Notes: generated by a model from the letters alone, not told the origin. DNA of 64,000 nucleotides from a virus (IMGVR_UViG_3300025141_000022:1-64000); one strand, 5' to 3'. Counted from the first letter of the stretch, positions 25,336-34,726 are shown. A program made the numbers and translations.

Positions 25336-25527
25336 ATGAGTGTATATGAAAAACTTAAAAACCTTTTTAGAAAAAGGGCCCCTACGCGTAGCGAAGATTC
25401 AGCACCTACGAATTATTTGGATGATTTAAAGCTGTCCGAACTAAGGACTGTCGCAAAAGAACGAGGACTTAGAGGATATACTAAATTACGAAAGGCTGAT
25501 TTACTTCAACTTCTTAAAGAAGGGTGA
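25336..25527 (+). CDS. Rho termination factor N-terminal domain protein
   Basis: LKLSELRTVAKERGLRGYTKLRKADLL. Confidence 0.8.
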   Translation: MSVYEKLKNLFRKRAPTRSEDSAPTNYLDDLKLSELRTVAKERGLRGYTKLRKADLLQLLKEG

Positions 25528-26355
25528 TTATCTGAGTGTACGCACAGTAATGTTTTTTCGACGGGCTAAATTAGTTATTATCTGACGCTCGTTAGGACTA
25601 AGCGGAACGTTTGAGTCAAAATCAGAAATAATGAGCAACGTCTGGTTTGGCTGCATCTGCGTTAACACATAATAGTAAGAGTACCATATTTCAGTACCAG
25701 AACGAGGCGAGATACTATTTAATCGTTGACCATTATAACAACCATTCATCATTGAAACATAGATTGTACTATTTGGTTTAAGTGAAGCATTGATCACATC
25801 GGTCCAATTTCTCCACCCATCCCACATAGAGCCTGACGCGTCAATTAGATAGACATCAGCAGGAATTCTTTCTATTCTGGTTGTAAAGGAATTATCACCG
25901 TGAACAACGACCTCGACAATTCTAGCATTTGGAGAATGATCCCCGGTCTTTTCACCGTGGATTATTGTATTAAATCTTGCATTTGGAATATCTTGTTCTA
26001 TGGCTCGCTTTACTTGCTGTACTCTTTGAGCAGCTAGTCTTCTGTTGTATGCTTCACCACCACAGCCATCTGTGTAACCAATTAATGTTATACTTCTTTG
26101 ATCTGTGCGTCTAATCCGCTCAATGAATGAGGATAGGGAAGTATCTTGAGAAGAAGTAATTTCTGACTCATCCTCTCTAAAATAAATTGTATGTTGTCTT
26201 CTTATTTGAACCGAATTGGCTGTGATGGTCGGCGCCGGCCCTCTTCTCACTTCACATGTGCAGTGGGCTACCGCACATCGGTCTATACTAGTGTCTGCAC
26301 TCGCAACATGCACATCTGCACGAAATAGCAGTAAAAAAAGCCAAAAAAGATACAT
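25528..26355 (-). CDS. Secreted OmpA-like domain plus VWA-like domain protein
   Basis: Signal peptide; IGYTDGCG...YNRRLAAQR; LIDASGSM. Confidence 0.75.
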   Translation of the reverse strand: MYLFWLFLLLFRADVHVASADTSIDRCAVAHCTCEVRRGPAPTITANSVQIRRQHTIYFREDESEITSSQDTSLSSFIERIRRTDQRSITLIGYTDGCGGEAYNRRLAAQRVQQVKRAIEQDIPNARFNTIIHGEKTGDHSPNARIVEVVVHGDNSFTTRIERIPADVYLIDASGSMWDGWRNWTDVINASLKPNSTIYVSMMNGCYNGQRLNSISPRSGTEIWYSYYYVLTQMQPNQTLLIISDFDSNVPLSPNERQIITNLARRKNITVRTLR

Positions 26356-26483
26356 CCCTCATGATATCCTCCCTCATAATAACTAGTGTTTTAAAAAAAA
26401 ATAAAAAATTAAGAGTGAGTTAAAAAAATGCTAATATATATTACAGGTGGCGCTTTTTTGATATTGATGAGGTAAGTTGTACG

Positions 26484-27014
26484 GTGAAAGTAAAAATTGC
26501 TTTTTATAAAGCAAAGGGAAATTGGCAAAATAAGATAATACGGTGGTGGACCAAGAGCCCGTACAGCCATGCAGAGTTGGTGCTACCGGATGGTAAAACA
26601 TGGATAGGAATTAGTCCATTTTTAACTTCAAAAGTTTCCTCAAGAGAGAATCCAACATTCAATGAAGATAATTGGGATTTTGTAGAGCTAGAAATAACCG
26701 AAGAGCAATATGACGTTATTTTGGATTTTTATAATGAAACTAAAGGATGTAAGTATGATTGGATTGGAATGCTGCTGTCACAGTTCTTGCCATTTCACAT
26801 TAAACGACGAGAAAAGTGGTACTGTAGTGAGTGGATAGCATATGCTTTAAGGATCGCCAATGTAGTACACTGGAAGGTGGTTAAGATATACGACCGTTGC
26901 GATTTATCCCCTGGCGTACTATATAATATAGCGCAAAGCGTTAACGTAGTGACAAAAAACGTTATGGTCATCGAAATACCTGAACCTCCAGATACAACGG
27001 TGGCAATAGGATAA
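26484..27014 (+). CDS. YiiX/YaeF-like permuted papain (NlpC/P60) hydrolase
   Basis: SPYSHAEL...YD...WYCSEW. Confidence 0.7.
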   Translation: MKVKIAFYKAKGNWQNKIIRWWTKSPYSHAELVLPDGKTWIGISPFLTSKVSSRENPTFNEDNWDFVELEITEEQYDVILDFYNETKGCKYDWIGMLLSQFLPFHIKRREKWYCSEWIAYALRIANVVHWKVVKIYDRCDLSPGVLYNIAQSVNVVTKNVMVIEIPEPPDTTVAIG

Positions 27015-27016
27015 AA

Positions 27017-27346
27017 ATGAAAAAATTATTATTAATTCTGGCTTTGTCGGTAGGATGTGCCGCCAAACAGCCACAGATTACGGGCCCAGATTATGAATCT
27101 TCTGGGATACCATGTTTGGATGCATTACAAATAAACATCGATGCATCTGGATGTACACAATTACGATTGGAGCAAGTTAGCCCATCAATAGAAAAGATTA
27201 CATGTGCCGAAAGAGAACCATATAGTGCAGACCCGTGGAACATGTTTGAGTTTGTTATACATGCCCGCGCCTTTGGCGAAGCACCACTAGAATATCAGTG
27301 GATGTGTTCAGACCCGTTTGTAGATGTTTATGTTAATATGGAGTAA
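27017..27346 (+). CDS. Lipoprotein
   Basis: MKKLLLILALSVGC lipobox. Confidence 0.65.
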   Translation: MKKLLLILALSVGCAAKQPQITGPDYESSGIPCLDALQINIDASGCTQLRLEQVSPSIEKITCAEREPYSADPWNMFEFVIHARAFGEAPLEYQWMCSDPFVDVYVNME

Positions 27347-27348
27347 AA

Positions 27349-27570
27349 ATGACAGATCGATTTAGGAGCCTGAGAATTAAAAACAGAAATCTTCAGGAAG
27401 AAACGACTTCTTATTCAATAGATGAAGTAGAAGAAATAACAGATGAAATAGAAAAAGCTTTAGTTGAGTTGAAAGAAAATCTAGATTTGCCAACTGAAGA
27501 AGTTGAAAAATCAATTCAAAGTCGTAGAAAATTTAAATTTGCAAATTTGTTTGACAAAGCTAGCAAATAA
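27349..27570 (+). CDS. Hypothetical protein
   Basis: 73-aa ORF, GGAG RBS. Confidence 0.55.
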   Translation: MTDRFRSLRIKNRNLQEETTSYSIDEVEEITDEIEKALVELKENLDLPTEEVEKSIQSRRKFKFANLFDKASK

Positions 27571-27605
27571 TGTTATGTTATTAACATCAACTTATCGAGG
27601 ATGAT

Positions 27606-28490
27606 ATGCAATCAATCGTCTTGTTTGATCTCGATGGCACACTTACGCCACCAAGAGGCAAAATTACCGATGCTGTTATTCAGACTTTAGTGGCTTTGTC
27701 AGAACGCGCCACGCTGGGAATCGTAACTGGCAGCGGCATGGAATATGTACGAGAACAAGCTACAGAGTTGTTACAAAATAAAGAGATTCGATCAAATTCT
27801 GAATTACATGTATTTCCTTGCAATGGAACAGAGCATTGGAAACTCTCAGATACGGGGGCTTATGATAAGGTATATGGAATCTCCATGGAAGAGCATATGG
27901 GTTCCGATAAGTTTAGAGACATGTTAGCTGTTTTGTGTACCTTGCAGTCAGATATTGTCCAATTAGCTCGACAGATGCCCCTTAGCGGTCACTTTGTGTC
28001 TAATAGGCAGTCGATGGTTAATTGGTGTCCAATTGGCAGAAATGCATCTACTGAACAGAGAGAGCAATTTGTAGAGCAAGACGCACTACAACATATTCGA
28101 TTTAATTATATCACCAGCTTAATAGATTCATTTTTAGCTAATGATATCGCCGGCCTGACAGTTACTTTGGGCGGCGACACATCGTTCGATATCTATCCAA
28201 CAGGATGGGATAAAACATATGTATTAAAACATGAGCCCTGTAAGCAAAAAAATCTCTATTTTATTGGTGACCGGTGTCATGGCAATGGAAACGATAAGAC
28301 CCTACATGATTTACTCAATCATCCTGATGGGCCAGACTCTTGGAAATCTTCTGTCACAGCAGAAGGTCCAAAACAAAAGTGGAATATTCCACGTTCAGGT
28401 CGTGCATGGCAAACTTCAGGCCCAGAAGAGACAATAAGAATACTAGAAGGGGAAATAATACCAAAATTACCATGTTTGACTGATAGTTAG
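27606..28490 (+). CDS. HAD-IIB (eukaryotic-type) phosphomannomutase
   Basis: FDLDGTLTPPR, VTGS, NWCPIGR, GGDTSFDIYPTGWDKTY, GD...GND. Confidence 0.88.
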   Translation: MQSIVLFDLDGTLTPPRGKITDAVIQTLVALSERATLGIVTGSGMEYVREQATELLQNKEIRSNSELHVFPCNGTEHWKLSDTGAYDKVYGISMEEHMGSDKFRDMLAVLCTLQSDIVQLARQMPLSGHFVSNRQSMVNWCPIGRNASTEQREQFVEQDALQHIRFNYITSLIDSFLANDIAGLTVTLGGDTSFDIYPTGWDKTYVLKHEPCKQKNLYFIGDRCHGNGNDKTLHDLLNHPDGPDSWKSSVTAEGPKQKWNIPRSGRAWQTSGPEETIRILEGEIIPKLPCLTDS

Positions 28491-28494
28491 TTAT

Positions 28495-28749
28495 ATGAAT
28501 CCAGACTCCATTGCCAGAACAATTGCCGCCGGCATCGTTATTATGGATGATGCAGCAGCTGCAGCAAGATATATTTATAATATGAGCGACAAGCATCTTA
28601 CGGTAGAGCGCGGTGACAAAAAGACGATAGAAGATTTCATCATCAGGATAATTGAGATTGTTAGCACATATGACGAACTCTATTCAGTTAAGATCGCTTC
28701 CGAATATATGAAGATAATATTTGAAGGCCCCGATAGCTCAGTTGGATAG
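28495..28749 (+). CDS. Hypothetical protein whose stop codon lies inside tRNA-Arg (start may be 28582)
   Basis: Last 7 codons overlap the tRNA. Confidence 0.5.
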   Translation: MNPDSIARTIAAGIVIMDDAAAAARYIYNMSDKHLTVERGDKKTIEDFIIRIIEIVSTYDELYSVKIASEYMKIIFEGPDSSVG

Positions 28750-28803
28750 AGCAACAGCCTTCTAAGCTGTGGGCCGTAGGTTCGAATCCTACTCGGGGTA
28801 CCA
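28727..28803 (+). tRNA. tRNA-Arg(UCU)
   Basis: Full cloverleaf, loop CTTCTAA, encoded CCA. Confidence 0.95.
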
Positions 28804-28805
28804 TT

Positions 28806-29084
28806 ATGAAAATATACAAATACTTTGCTGAAGATGAAAAAATAAGATATACTTTTCTATACACATTTAAAGCAAGTAAGCAGGAGATAATACAACACTT
28901 AAAGTCAATAGAGGGAGATGGTATTATAATATTTGATATCTTCCCTGAAATACATTTTGAAAAAGTAGTATTAGAAGATATACTATCCGTTATAACTGAA
29001 TCAGGCAAAGAAATGTATATTCCTGCAGGCTTAGAAGTTGAGTATCACACAGTATCAAGAATATTATATAGCAAAGAGGATTAA
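28806..29084 (+). CDS. Hypothetical protein
   Basis: 92-aa ORF. Confidence 0.55.
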   Translation: MKIYKYFAEDEKIRYTFLYTFKASKQEIIQHLKSIEGDGIIIFDIFPEIHFEKVVLEDILSVITESGKEMYIPAGLEVEYHTVSRILYSKED

Positions 29085-29696
29085 ATGAAAGATATAATTT
29101 GGAAATTATCATCAAATTCGGATGATAGGCCACCTACGAATAGTAATTCTGATGACCACAATATTGTGTCTTCTGTAAATAATGATATATATTTTTATTC
29201 AGAAGTCAATCGGCCAAAGAATTTAGATTTAAACAAGAGATTGGTTTCTATGGGCAAGACATTAATAAACAGAGCAAACTCACTAGGAATAGAAACTCCT
29301 CCCCCTATTAGGCTACATATTAATAGCTATGGTGGAAGTGTATTCGCCGGATTTTCTACAGTTGATTATATCTTAAATTCTCCGGTCCCTGTGCATAGTA
29401 TTATTGATGGATGTGCCGCCTCTGCAGCCACCGTTATGAGTGTTGTGGCTGAAAAGAGATTCATGAACAAGCATGCATATATGCTGATTCACCAGTTGTC
29501 TTCTGGAATATGGGGTAAGTACGAAGAACTGAAAGATGATATGGAAAATTGTGACTTATTGATGGAAACAATAAGACAAATATATGTAGAACACACCAAG
29601 ATACCTAAAAAGACTTTAGATCAGATGTTAAAGAGAGATCTTTGGTTTGATGCTGAGACTTGCCTAAAATATGGATTGGTGGATGAAATTATCTAA
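29085..29696 (+). CDS. clpP: ClpP-like protease
   Basis: INSYGGSV, AASAA (Ser), MLIHQ (His), RDLWF..ETCLKYGLVDEI. Confidence 0.88.
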   Translation: MKDIIWKLSSNSDDRPPTNSNSDDHNIVSSVNNDIYFYSEVNRPKNLDLNKRLVSMGKTLINRANSLGIETPPPIRLHINSYGGSVFAGFSTVDYILNSPVPVHSIIDGCAASAATVMSVVAEKRFMNKHAYMLIHQLSSGIWGKYEELKDDMENCDLLMETIRQIYVEHTKIPKKTLDQMLKRDLWFDAETCLKYGLVDEII

Positions 29697-29747
29697 TAGA
29701 ATTAAAGATTTTATTATTTTTGTTAGTCTGGGATTGCTGTTAGGTTA

Positions 29748-30311
29748 TTGTACACTTGGAATTCCAAATTGAACAATCCTGAATTTATTATTTTTACCGG
29801 ACCAATGTTTGGTTCTAAAACTACACGAATGCTAGCTGCGATTGATAGATATCGATATCAAAATAAAAACTTTTTGGCATTTAAACCAAAAATGGATGAA
29901 AGGTATTCATCTTCCTTTATTTCTACTCATTCTGGCGGAAAGATTCCTGCCAATTGTGTCGAAACGGGAGATGATGTCCTTCAGGCTTTGTGGAAACATG
30001 CAGGCCCCATTGATATAATAGCTGTAGATGAAGCATTTATGATACCCAATATTGCTAAAGCTCTTATAAAGTTGTTTCAAGATGGTTATACAATTATAAC
30101 TTCCTCAATCCAACTATCTGCAAGCAATAAGATATTTGAAGAAATTAGAGACATGATGCCTTGGGCTACAAAAATTGAAGTCTGCCCAGCAGTGTGTCCA
30201 ATCTGTGGCGCCGACGCTTACTATACTCATCGAAAAGTAAAGGATATAGAGGAAATTGCAGTCGGCGGCTCGGAGCTATACGAACCAAGATGTTGGAAGC
30301 ATCAAACATAA
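29748..30311 (+). CDS. tdk: Thymidine kinase
   Basis: GPMFGSKTT, VDEAFM, CPIC, VGGSELYEPRC. Confidence 0.9.
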   Translation: MYTWNSKLNNPEFIIFTGPMFGSKTTRMLAAIDRYRYQNKNFLAFKPKMDERYSSSFISTHSGGKIPANCVETGDDVLQALWKHAGPIDIIAVDEAFMIPNIAKALIKLFQDGYTIITSSIQLSASNKIFEEIRDMMPWATKIEVCPAVCPICGADAYYTHRKVKDIEEIAVGGSELYEPRCWKHQT

Positions 30312-30341
30312 CAATAAAACTATAACTAAAAGGAAAAACAA

Positions 30342-30863
30342 ATGGCATATCACTACGGAGACTTTCGCGGAATGGGCCCCGGTTCACCCTATGACATCAT
30401 TATGGTCAGCGGCGGATTTGACCCAATACACATCGGACACGTCAGAATGATTCAAGAAGCAGCACAATATGGAAATGTAGTTGTCGTAGCCAATTCGGAC
30501 GAATGGCTAATGAGAAAGAAGGGATACGTTTTCATGCCTTTTGAAGAAAGGGCAGAAATTTTACACTCCATTAAGGGTGTGCGCAGAGTAGAAAAAGTAG
30601 ATGATTCAGACGGGACTGTCTGCGAAGCACTAAGAAGGATTAAACCAACTCATTTTGCAAACGGGGGAGATCGTACAAATGAGAACACTCCAGAAATGGA
30701 TGTATGTAAAGAATTGGGGATTACTATGGTCTGGGAAATGGGCGGAGGTAAAATCCAAAGCAGTAGCGACCTAGTTGCCAATGCTGAAGATACAAAACTT
30801 AAAAACCAATTGGAAAAGGTTGACTCGCTAGATCCGAAGGAAAGAAAAGTTCCTGTTTGTTAA
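30342..30863 (+). CDS. Cytidylyltransferase family protein (HIGH motif)
   Basis: SGGFDPIHIGH, ER.EIL, GGD. Confidence 0.85.
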   Translation: MAYHYGDFRGMGPGSPYDIIMVSGGFDPIHIGHVRMIQEAAQYGNVVVVANSDEWLMRKKGYVFMPFEERAEILHSIKGVRRVEKVDDSDGTVCEALRRIKPTHFANGGDRTNENTPEMDVCKELGITMVWEMGGGKIQSSSDLVANAEDTKLKNQLEKVDSLDPKERKVPVC

Positions 30864-30871
30864 AAAACAGG

Positions 30872-30900
30872 TTGACTTATATATGCAAAGCTGGTATATT
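30872..30900 (+). promoter_or_regulatory. Sigma70-type promoter for the tRNA cluster
   Basis: TTGACT, 17 bp, TATATT. Confidence 0.65.
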
Positions 30901-30912
30901 AATACTATGAGG

Positions 30913-30998
30913 GGCCGAATGGTGGAATCGGTAGACACGCTAGACTTAAAATCTGGTGCTATTAAGGCGTGTGGGTTCGAGTCCCACTTCGGCTACCA
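30913..30998 (+). tRNA. tRNA-Leu(UAA)
   Basis: Cloverleaf with long variable arm, loop CTTAAAA, CCA. Confidence 0.95.
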
Positions 30999-31004
30999 CT
31001 TTAC

Positions 31005-31089
31005 GGGGGCGTATCCCAGCCGTCTTATAAGCGGTGCATAAAACTCGGGTAATTGGTGCATGCGGGTTCAAGTCCCGTCGCCCCTACCA
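31005..31089 (+). tRNA. Non-canonical tRNA-Ile(UAU)-like gene lacking a D-arm, with a 26-nt variable region
   Basis: 7-bp acceptor, canonical T-arm, anticodon loop CTTATAA, ACCA; only 7 nt between acceptor and anticodon stems. Confidence 0.7.
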
Positions 31090-31132
31090 TTTTATCATTA
31101 ACAACAAAAACAAAGAGAGATATACTGTAATA

Positions 31133-31321
31133 ATGAAAAAACCAATTTATGAAACAATTTTTGAAGTAAGAGAATATAACAAAGCAACAAACACATATGA
31201 ACTTAAAGATTCTGTTACCGCTACTTCTTCAGAAGAAGCAAAAGAAATCTTTATCAAAGAGAATAAATGGAAGCCAAGAAAGAATATTGTGCTTTTCGTA
31301 AAACCGCCAAATTGCAAATAA
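31133..31321 (+). CDS. Small hypothetical protein
   Basis: MKKPIYETIFEV...; the track start overlaps the tRNA. Confidence 0.55.
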   Translation: MKKPIYETIFEVREYNKATNTYELKDSVTATSSEEAKEIFIKENKWKPRKNIVLFVKPPNCK

Positions 31322-31333
31322 AGGAGAAAGAGA

Positions 31334-31573
31334 ATGGCCGCAACAAAGAAGTCAACCACGACAAGAGTTACTGCAACCAATGCAGCACCCGAACTTGAGA
31401 GTCAAGTTAAGAACTTGAAGTCTCGCGTCAGCGAACTAAATGATGAACTAAAAGTACTTCGTCAAGAGGTAGAGCAGTTTAAGACAAGGGTTAGTAAGGA
31501 TGTAGGCTACTTGTTAGAAGGGTTTGATTACATTAATCGTAATAGCCCGCCTATCACGCGATACACGAAATAA
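31334..31573 (+). CDS. Coiled-coil hypothetical protein
   Basis: AAGGAG RBS, heptads. Confidence 0.7.
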   Translation: MAATKKSTTTRVTATNAAPELESQVKNLKSRVSELNDELKVLRQEVEQFKTRVSKDVGYLLEGFDYINRNSPPITRYTK

Positions 31574-31835
31574 TCATGCTGCTTCTTGCTCAGCGGCGAT
31601 GTAGCGCTCGCCAAACGTGCAGGCCATCATGAAGAGTATAAGTTGAGGGTGACACTCCCAATGAAACATATGCTCCCCGAATTGGTGCTGGAGAAGCGAT
31701 TGTTTCGAAAATAGGGTAACTAGTAGTGGTGTTCATCCATGATATTTTTATTCCGTTAGCAATAGAACATAGATTCTGTATTGCTGCCGGTATTGCTGTA
31801 TTTATCGGCTGGTTAGTTACCAATGATTAGCAAAA

Positions 31836-31910
31836 GCGGGTGTAGCTCAGTGGTAGAGCCCCACGTTGCCAACGTGGCTGTCGCTGGTTCGAATCCAGTC
31901 ACCCGCTCCA
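31836..31910 (+). tRNA. tRNA-Gly(GCC)
   Basis: Cloverleaf, loop TTGCCAA, CCA. Confidence 0.95.
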
Positions 31911-31911
31911 T

Positions 31912-31988
31912 CGGGGTATGGCGCAGCCTGGTAGCGCATCTGCTTTGGGAGCAGAGGGTCGTTGGTTCAAATCCAGCTACCCCGACCA
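31912..31988 (+). tRNA. tRNA-Pro(UGG)
   Basis: Cloverleaf, loop TTTGGGA, CCA. Confidence 0.95.
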
Positions 31989-32059
31989 TTTTAAAATTTA
32001 TATGACATCTTTCAATAAATAAAACTATTTATTGCGTAAGACTCTAAAGGGAGAAGAAC

Positions 32060-32626
32060 ATGTCATATAATTTTAGCACAGGAAGCCTGAAGGTTGGAGA
32101 TTTATACTTTGAGAACGATTCCGATGGTGATACCGTAATTGATTTTAGTGAAGATACTATAGATTTTAAAATCAATAACGCCGTAATGGTTTCACTAAAT
32201 ACAGCAGGACCACAAATTCGACATTCGGCCATCTCAAACGTTTCTAATGATACCATGGGCGGTGGTCAAGTTATATATGATGGAGCCGGCTCTTTAACTG
32301 CTGGTCAACTCTATTATATGCATACGAGTTCTGCAACATGGACAGCGGCAAAAGCTTTACCAACAGGTAGTGAACAAGCCTTGCTGGGAATCGCTTTAGG
32401 CTCCGCTGTATCTGATGGATTATTAGTCCAGGGCTCTTTCGATGTTTACAGTCACTTGAGTGGTGGGTTTGCTCCCGGTAAGCCGGTTTATTTGAGCACT
32501 GCCGCAGGCAAACTTCAAACCATTCCACCATCTGGTTCTGGTGAGATTTTAAGACTTGTTGGATATTGTATGAGTAGCACTAATGTAGTTTGGTTTAGCC
32601 CAAGCTCAACATGGATTGAATACTAA
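32060..32626 (+). CDS. Putative virion/tail-fibre-associated protein
   Basis: G/S/T-rich beta protein; C-terminal G..VYLS...G motif. Confidence 0.55.
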   Translation: MSYNFSTGSLKVGDLYFENDSDGDTVIDFSEDTIDFKINNAVMVSLNTAGPQIRHSAISNVSNDTMGGGQVIYDGAGSLTAGQLYYMHTSSATWTAAKALPTGSEQALLGIALGSAVSDGLLVQGSFDVYSHLSGGFAPGKPVYLSTAAGKLQTIPPSGSGEILRLVGYCMSSTNVVWFSPSSTWIEY

Positions 32627-32628
32627 AA

Positions 32629-33768
32629 ATGCCTGATATTGATGAAATAAATGGAGTAGATACAGATAATATCGCCAAAGTCAACGGCGTAGCCAAGTCT
32701 AGCGTGGACGAGTTTATGCTTGGAGAGATGCCGTCAGGAGAAATAGCTACACGCTGGCTAATTGGCAGCACAAGTGGTAAAATGTATCACAGCACTCAAG
32801 CTATGCCGGCATCATGGTCTGAATTGGTTGATTTGGGAGGAAATACTCATAAAGATGTTGTCATCGGGCAAGATAACAGTGGCAATAAGCGATGGCTAAT
32901 TCACGCGTCCAATACTACTAACGAACTCATGTATGTTAATGATAGTGCCGATATGACCGATGCTAACAACTGGACGGCAAAAGATTTCGATCCAAACGCA
33001 AACAAAAATCAGGGAACTGGTGGACCAGCTGCCGCATGGGGGAATGGAGTTTGGATCCTCGGCGGTACAACTTCTGCTGAAACCCGCGATTCAACCACTT
33101 ATTATGACGGTCCTCAGAGGTCAACCGATGGTGGCGCAAATTGGACCAAATTAGATGTTGACAATACCGTAAATGATGGTATAAAGGTCGTGGCTTATAA
33201 GGGCGCAACGAGCAATCTTTGGTTTATGGGGATTGACAGGTATCTTTGGAAGTCTACCAACAACGGAGCATCTTGGGCACAGCCCACTGGCTGGCCAATC
33301 CAAATTGAATCCGGCAAGGATATTCATTGTTTGGCTTATGATGGAACTAATCGTTGGGTTGCCGCTTTGACCGGCGATAATATATGGTACAGCGACGACG
33401 ACTGCGAGACATGGACTGAAGCTGGTACTGGTGCATGGGCTGGAAACTGGGGCCCCCAATGCCTTGTTTACGCCGGCGGCAGTATTAATAAATGGATTCT
33501 GGCTGGTAATAACGGTAGATTGGCGTATAGCTCAGATGGTCAAAATTGGACAGCAATCTGGACAGGGAACGATTCTACTTGGAGTACCTCTCACATATAT
33601 GATGTAGCAACGGATGGCAGCACAGTTGTTATTGTTGGTGCTAGCGGCAAAATTGCAACAAGCACAAATGGAACTAGCTTTACTAATCGTTCTATTAGTG
33701 GCGTAAGCACCACTTTCTGGTCGATAGATTGCAATGTTATTGGAGCCGGCGCACGAGGCGGTGCGTAG
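32629..33768 (+). CDS. BNR/WD40-like beta-propeller protein (putative adhesin)
   Basis: Asp-box repeats STDGGANW, STNNGASW, SDDDCETW, SSDGQNW. Confidence 0.75.
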   Translation: MPDIDEINGVDTDNIAKVNGVAKSSVDEFMLGEMPSGEIATRWLIGSTSGKMYHSTQAMPASWSELVDLGGNTHKDVVIGQDNSGNKRWLIHASNTTNELMYVNDSADMTDANNWTAKDFDPNANKNQGTGGPAAAWGNGVWILGGTTSAETRDSTTYYDGPQRSTDGGANWTKLDVDNTVNDGIKVVAYKGATSNLWFMGIDRYLWKSTNNGASWAQPTGWPIQIESGKDIHCLAYDGTNRWVAALTGDNIWYSDDDCETWTEAGTGAWAGNWGPQCLVYAGGSINKWILAGNNGRLAYSSDGQNWTAIWTGNDSTWSTSHIYDVATDGSTVVIVGASGKIATSTNGTSFTNRSISGVSTTFWSIDCNVIGAGARGGA

Positions 33769-34709
33769 TGCCTGTTGATAAGGTATTCTATAATCAATCT
33801 TCATCGGCTAAGCTGGGATGGGAACCATCTTGGTTTGGGTGTAAATACAATGATGATGAATTAGTTGAAGCTGTCGAGCTATGGCAAAGAGAGAGAGGTC
33901 TGGATGACGACGGTCTAGTAGGGCCAGCAACATATAGAAGAATCTGGACCGACCGAGAATCAGAAATATCAGATTATAAACCTTCCCCTGGTGGATACCG
34001 ATGGACAAAACAACGCTGTGACGAACAAAAGCATATTGTACATAATGGTAAATTTTATGAAATTGATTGGGACAAGGTGGTACTTTGGGACGAAGACGAT
34101 GGTTTAACCACAGATGATGGCAACTATTACGATTATGCCGGAAAGGAAGACCGCAAGCCAACCATATTTGTTAATCATTGGGATGTGTGTTTATCCTCCG
34201 AATCATGCTCAAAAGTATTGTCGAGAAGAGGAATTTCAGTTCATTTCTGCATAGATAACGATGGTACAATTTATCAGCTATTAGATACTCAACATGGCGC
34301 TTGGCATGCCGGTATTGGTAGAGTAAATCATGCTTCTGTAGGAGTAGAAATTAGTAACGCTTACTATACCAAACATCAAGATTGGTATGAAAGAAATGGA
34401 TTCGGCAAACGTCCAGTTGTTAAAAAGGGTGAGGCAAGAGTGCATGGGCGAGGGTTAGATGAGCATTTAGACTTTTATCCAATTCAAATAGAAGCCTTAA
34501 AAGCTTTGTGGAAAGCAGTACATCAAGCTCTAGATATTCCCTTGGAAGTGCCTATGGATGGCGATGAGTTATTAACTGCTGTTCATAAGGATTCTTCGCG
34601 AGCTAAGTTTAAAGGATTTGTAAATCACTATAATTTAACTGAAAGAAAGATTGATTGCGCCGGCCTGGATTTATTACAAATTGCAAACGATGTAAAAGAC
34701 GAATTATAG
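33768..34709 (+). CDS. Endolysin: peptidoglycan-binding domain plus Amidase_2
   Basis: DGLVGPAT; NHW, SVHFCID, AWHAG, N..SVGVE, HY...K.DC. Confidence 0.85.
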   Translation: MPVDKVFYNQSSSAKLGWEPSWFGCKYNDDELVEAVELWQRERGLDDDGLVGPATYRRIWTDRESEISDYKPSPGGYRWTKQRCDEQKHIVHNGKFYEIDWDKVVLWDEDDGLTTDDGNYYDYAGKEDRKPTIFVNHWDVCLSSESCSKVLSRRGISVHFCIDNDGTIYQLLDTQHGAWHAGIGRVNHASVGVEISNAYYTKHQDWYERNGFGKRPVVKKGEARVHGRGLDEHLDFYPIQIEALKALWKAVHQALDIPLEVPMDGDELLTAVHKDSSRAKFKGFVNHYNLTERKIDCAGLDLLQIANDVKDEL

Positions 34710-34726
34710 AATTTATTAAAAAAACG

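Noticed and set aside
31574-31830. Small ORFs between 31573 and tRNA-Gly (track ORF 31590..31823 minus; 31-aa minus ORF 31574..31669; 34-aa plus ORF 31726..31830)
   Set aside because: Three short candidates compete with no decisive support; none could be chosen.
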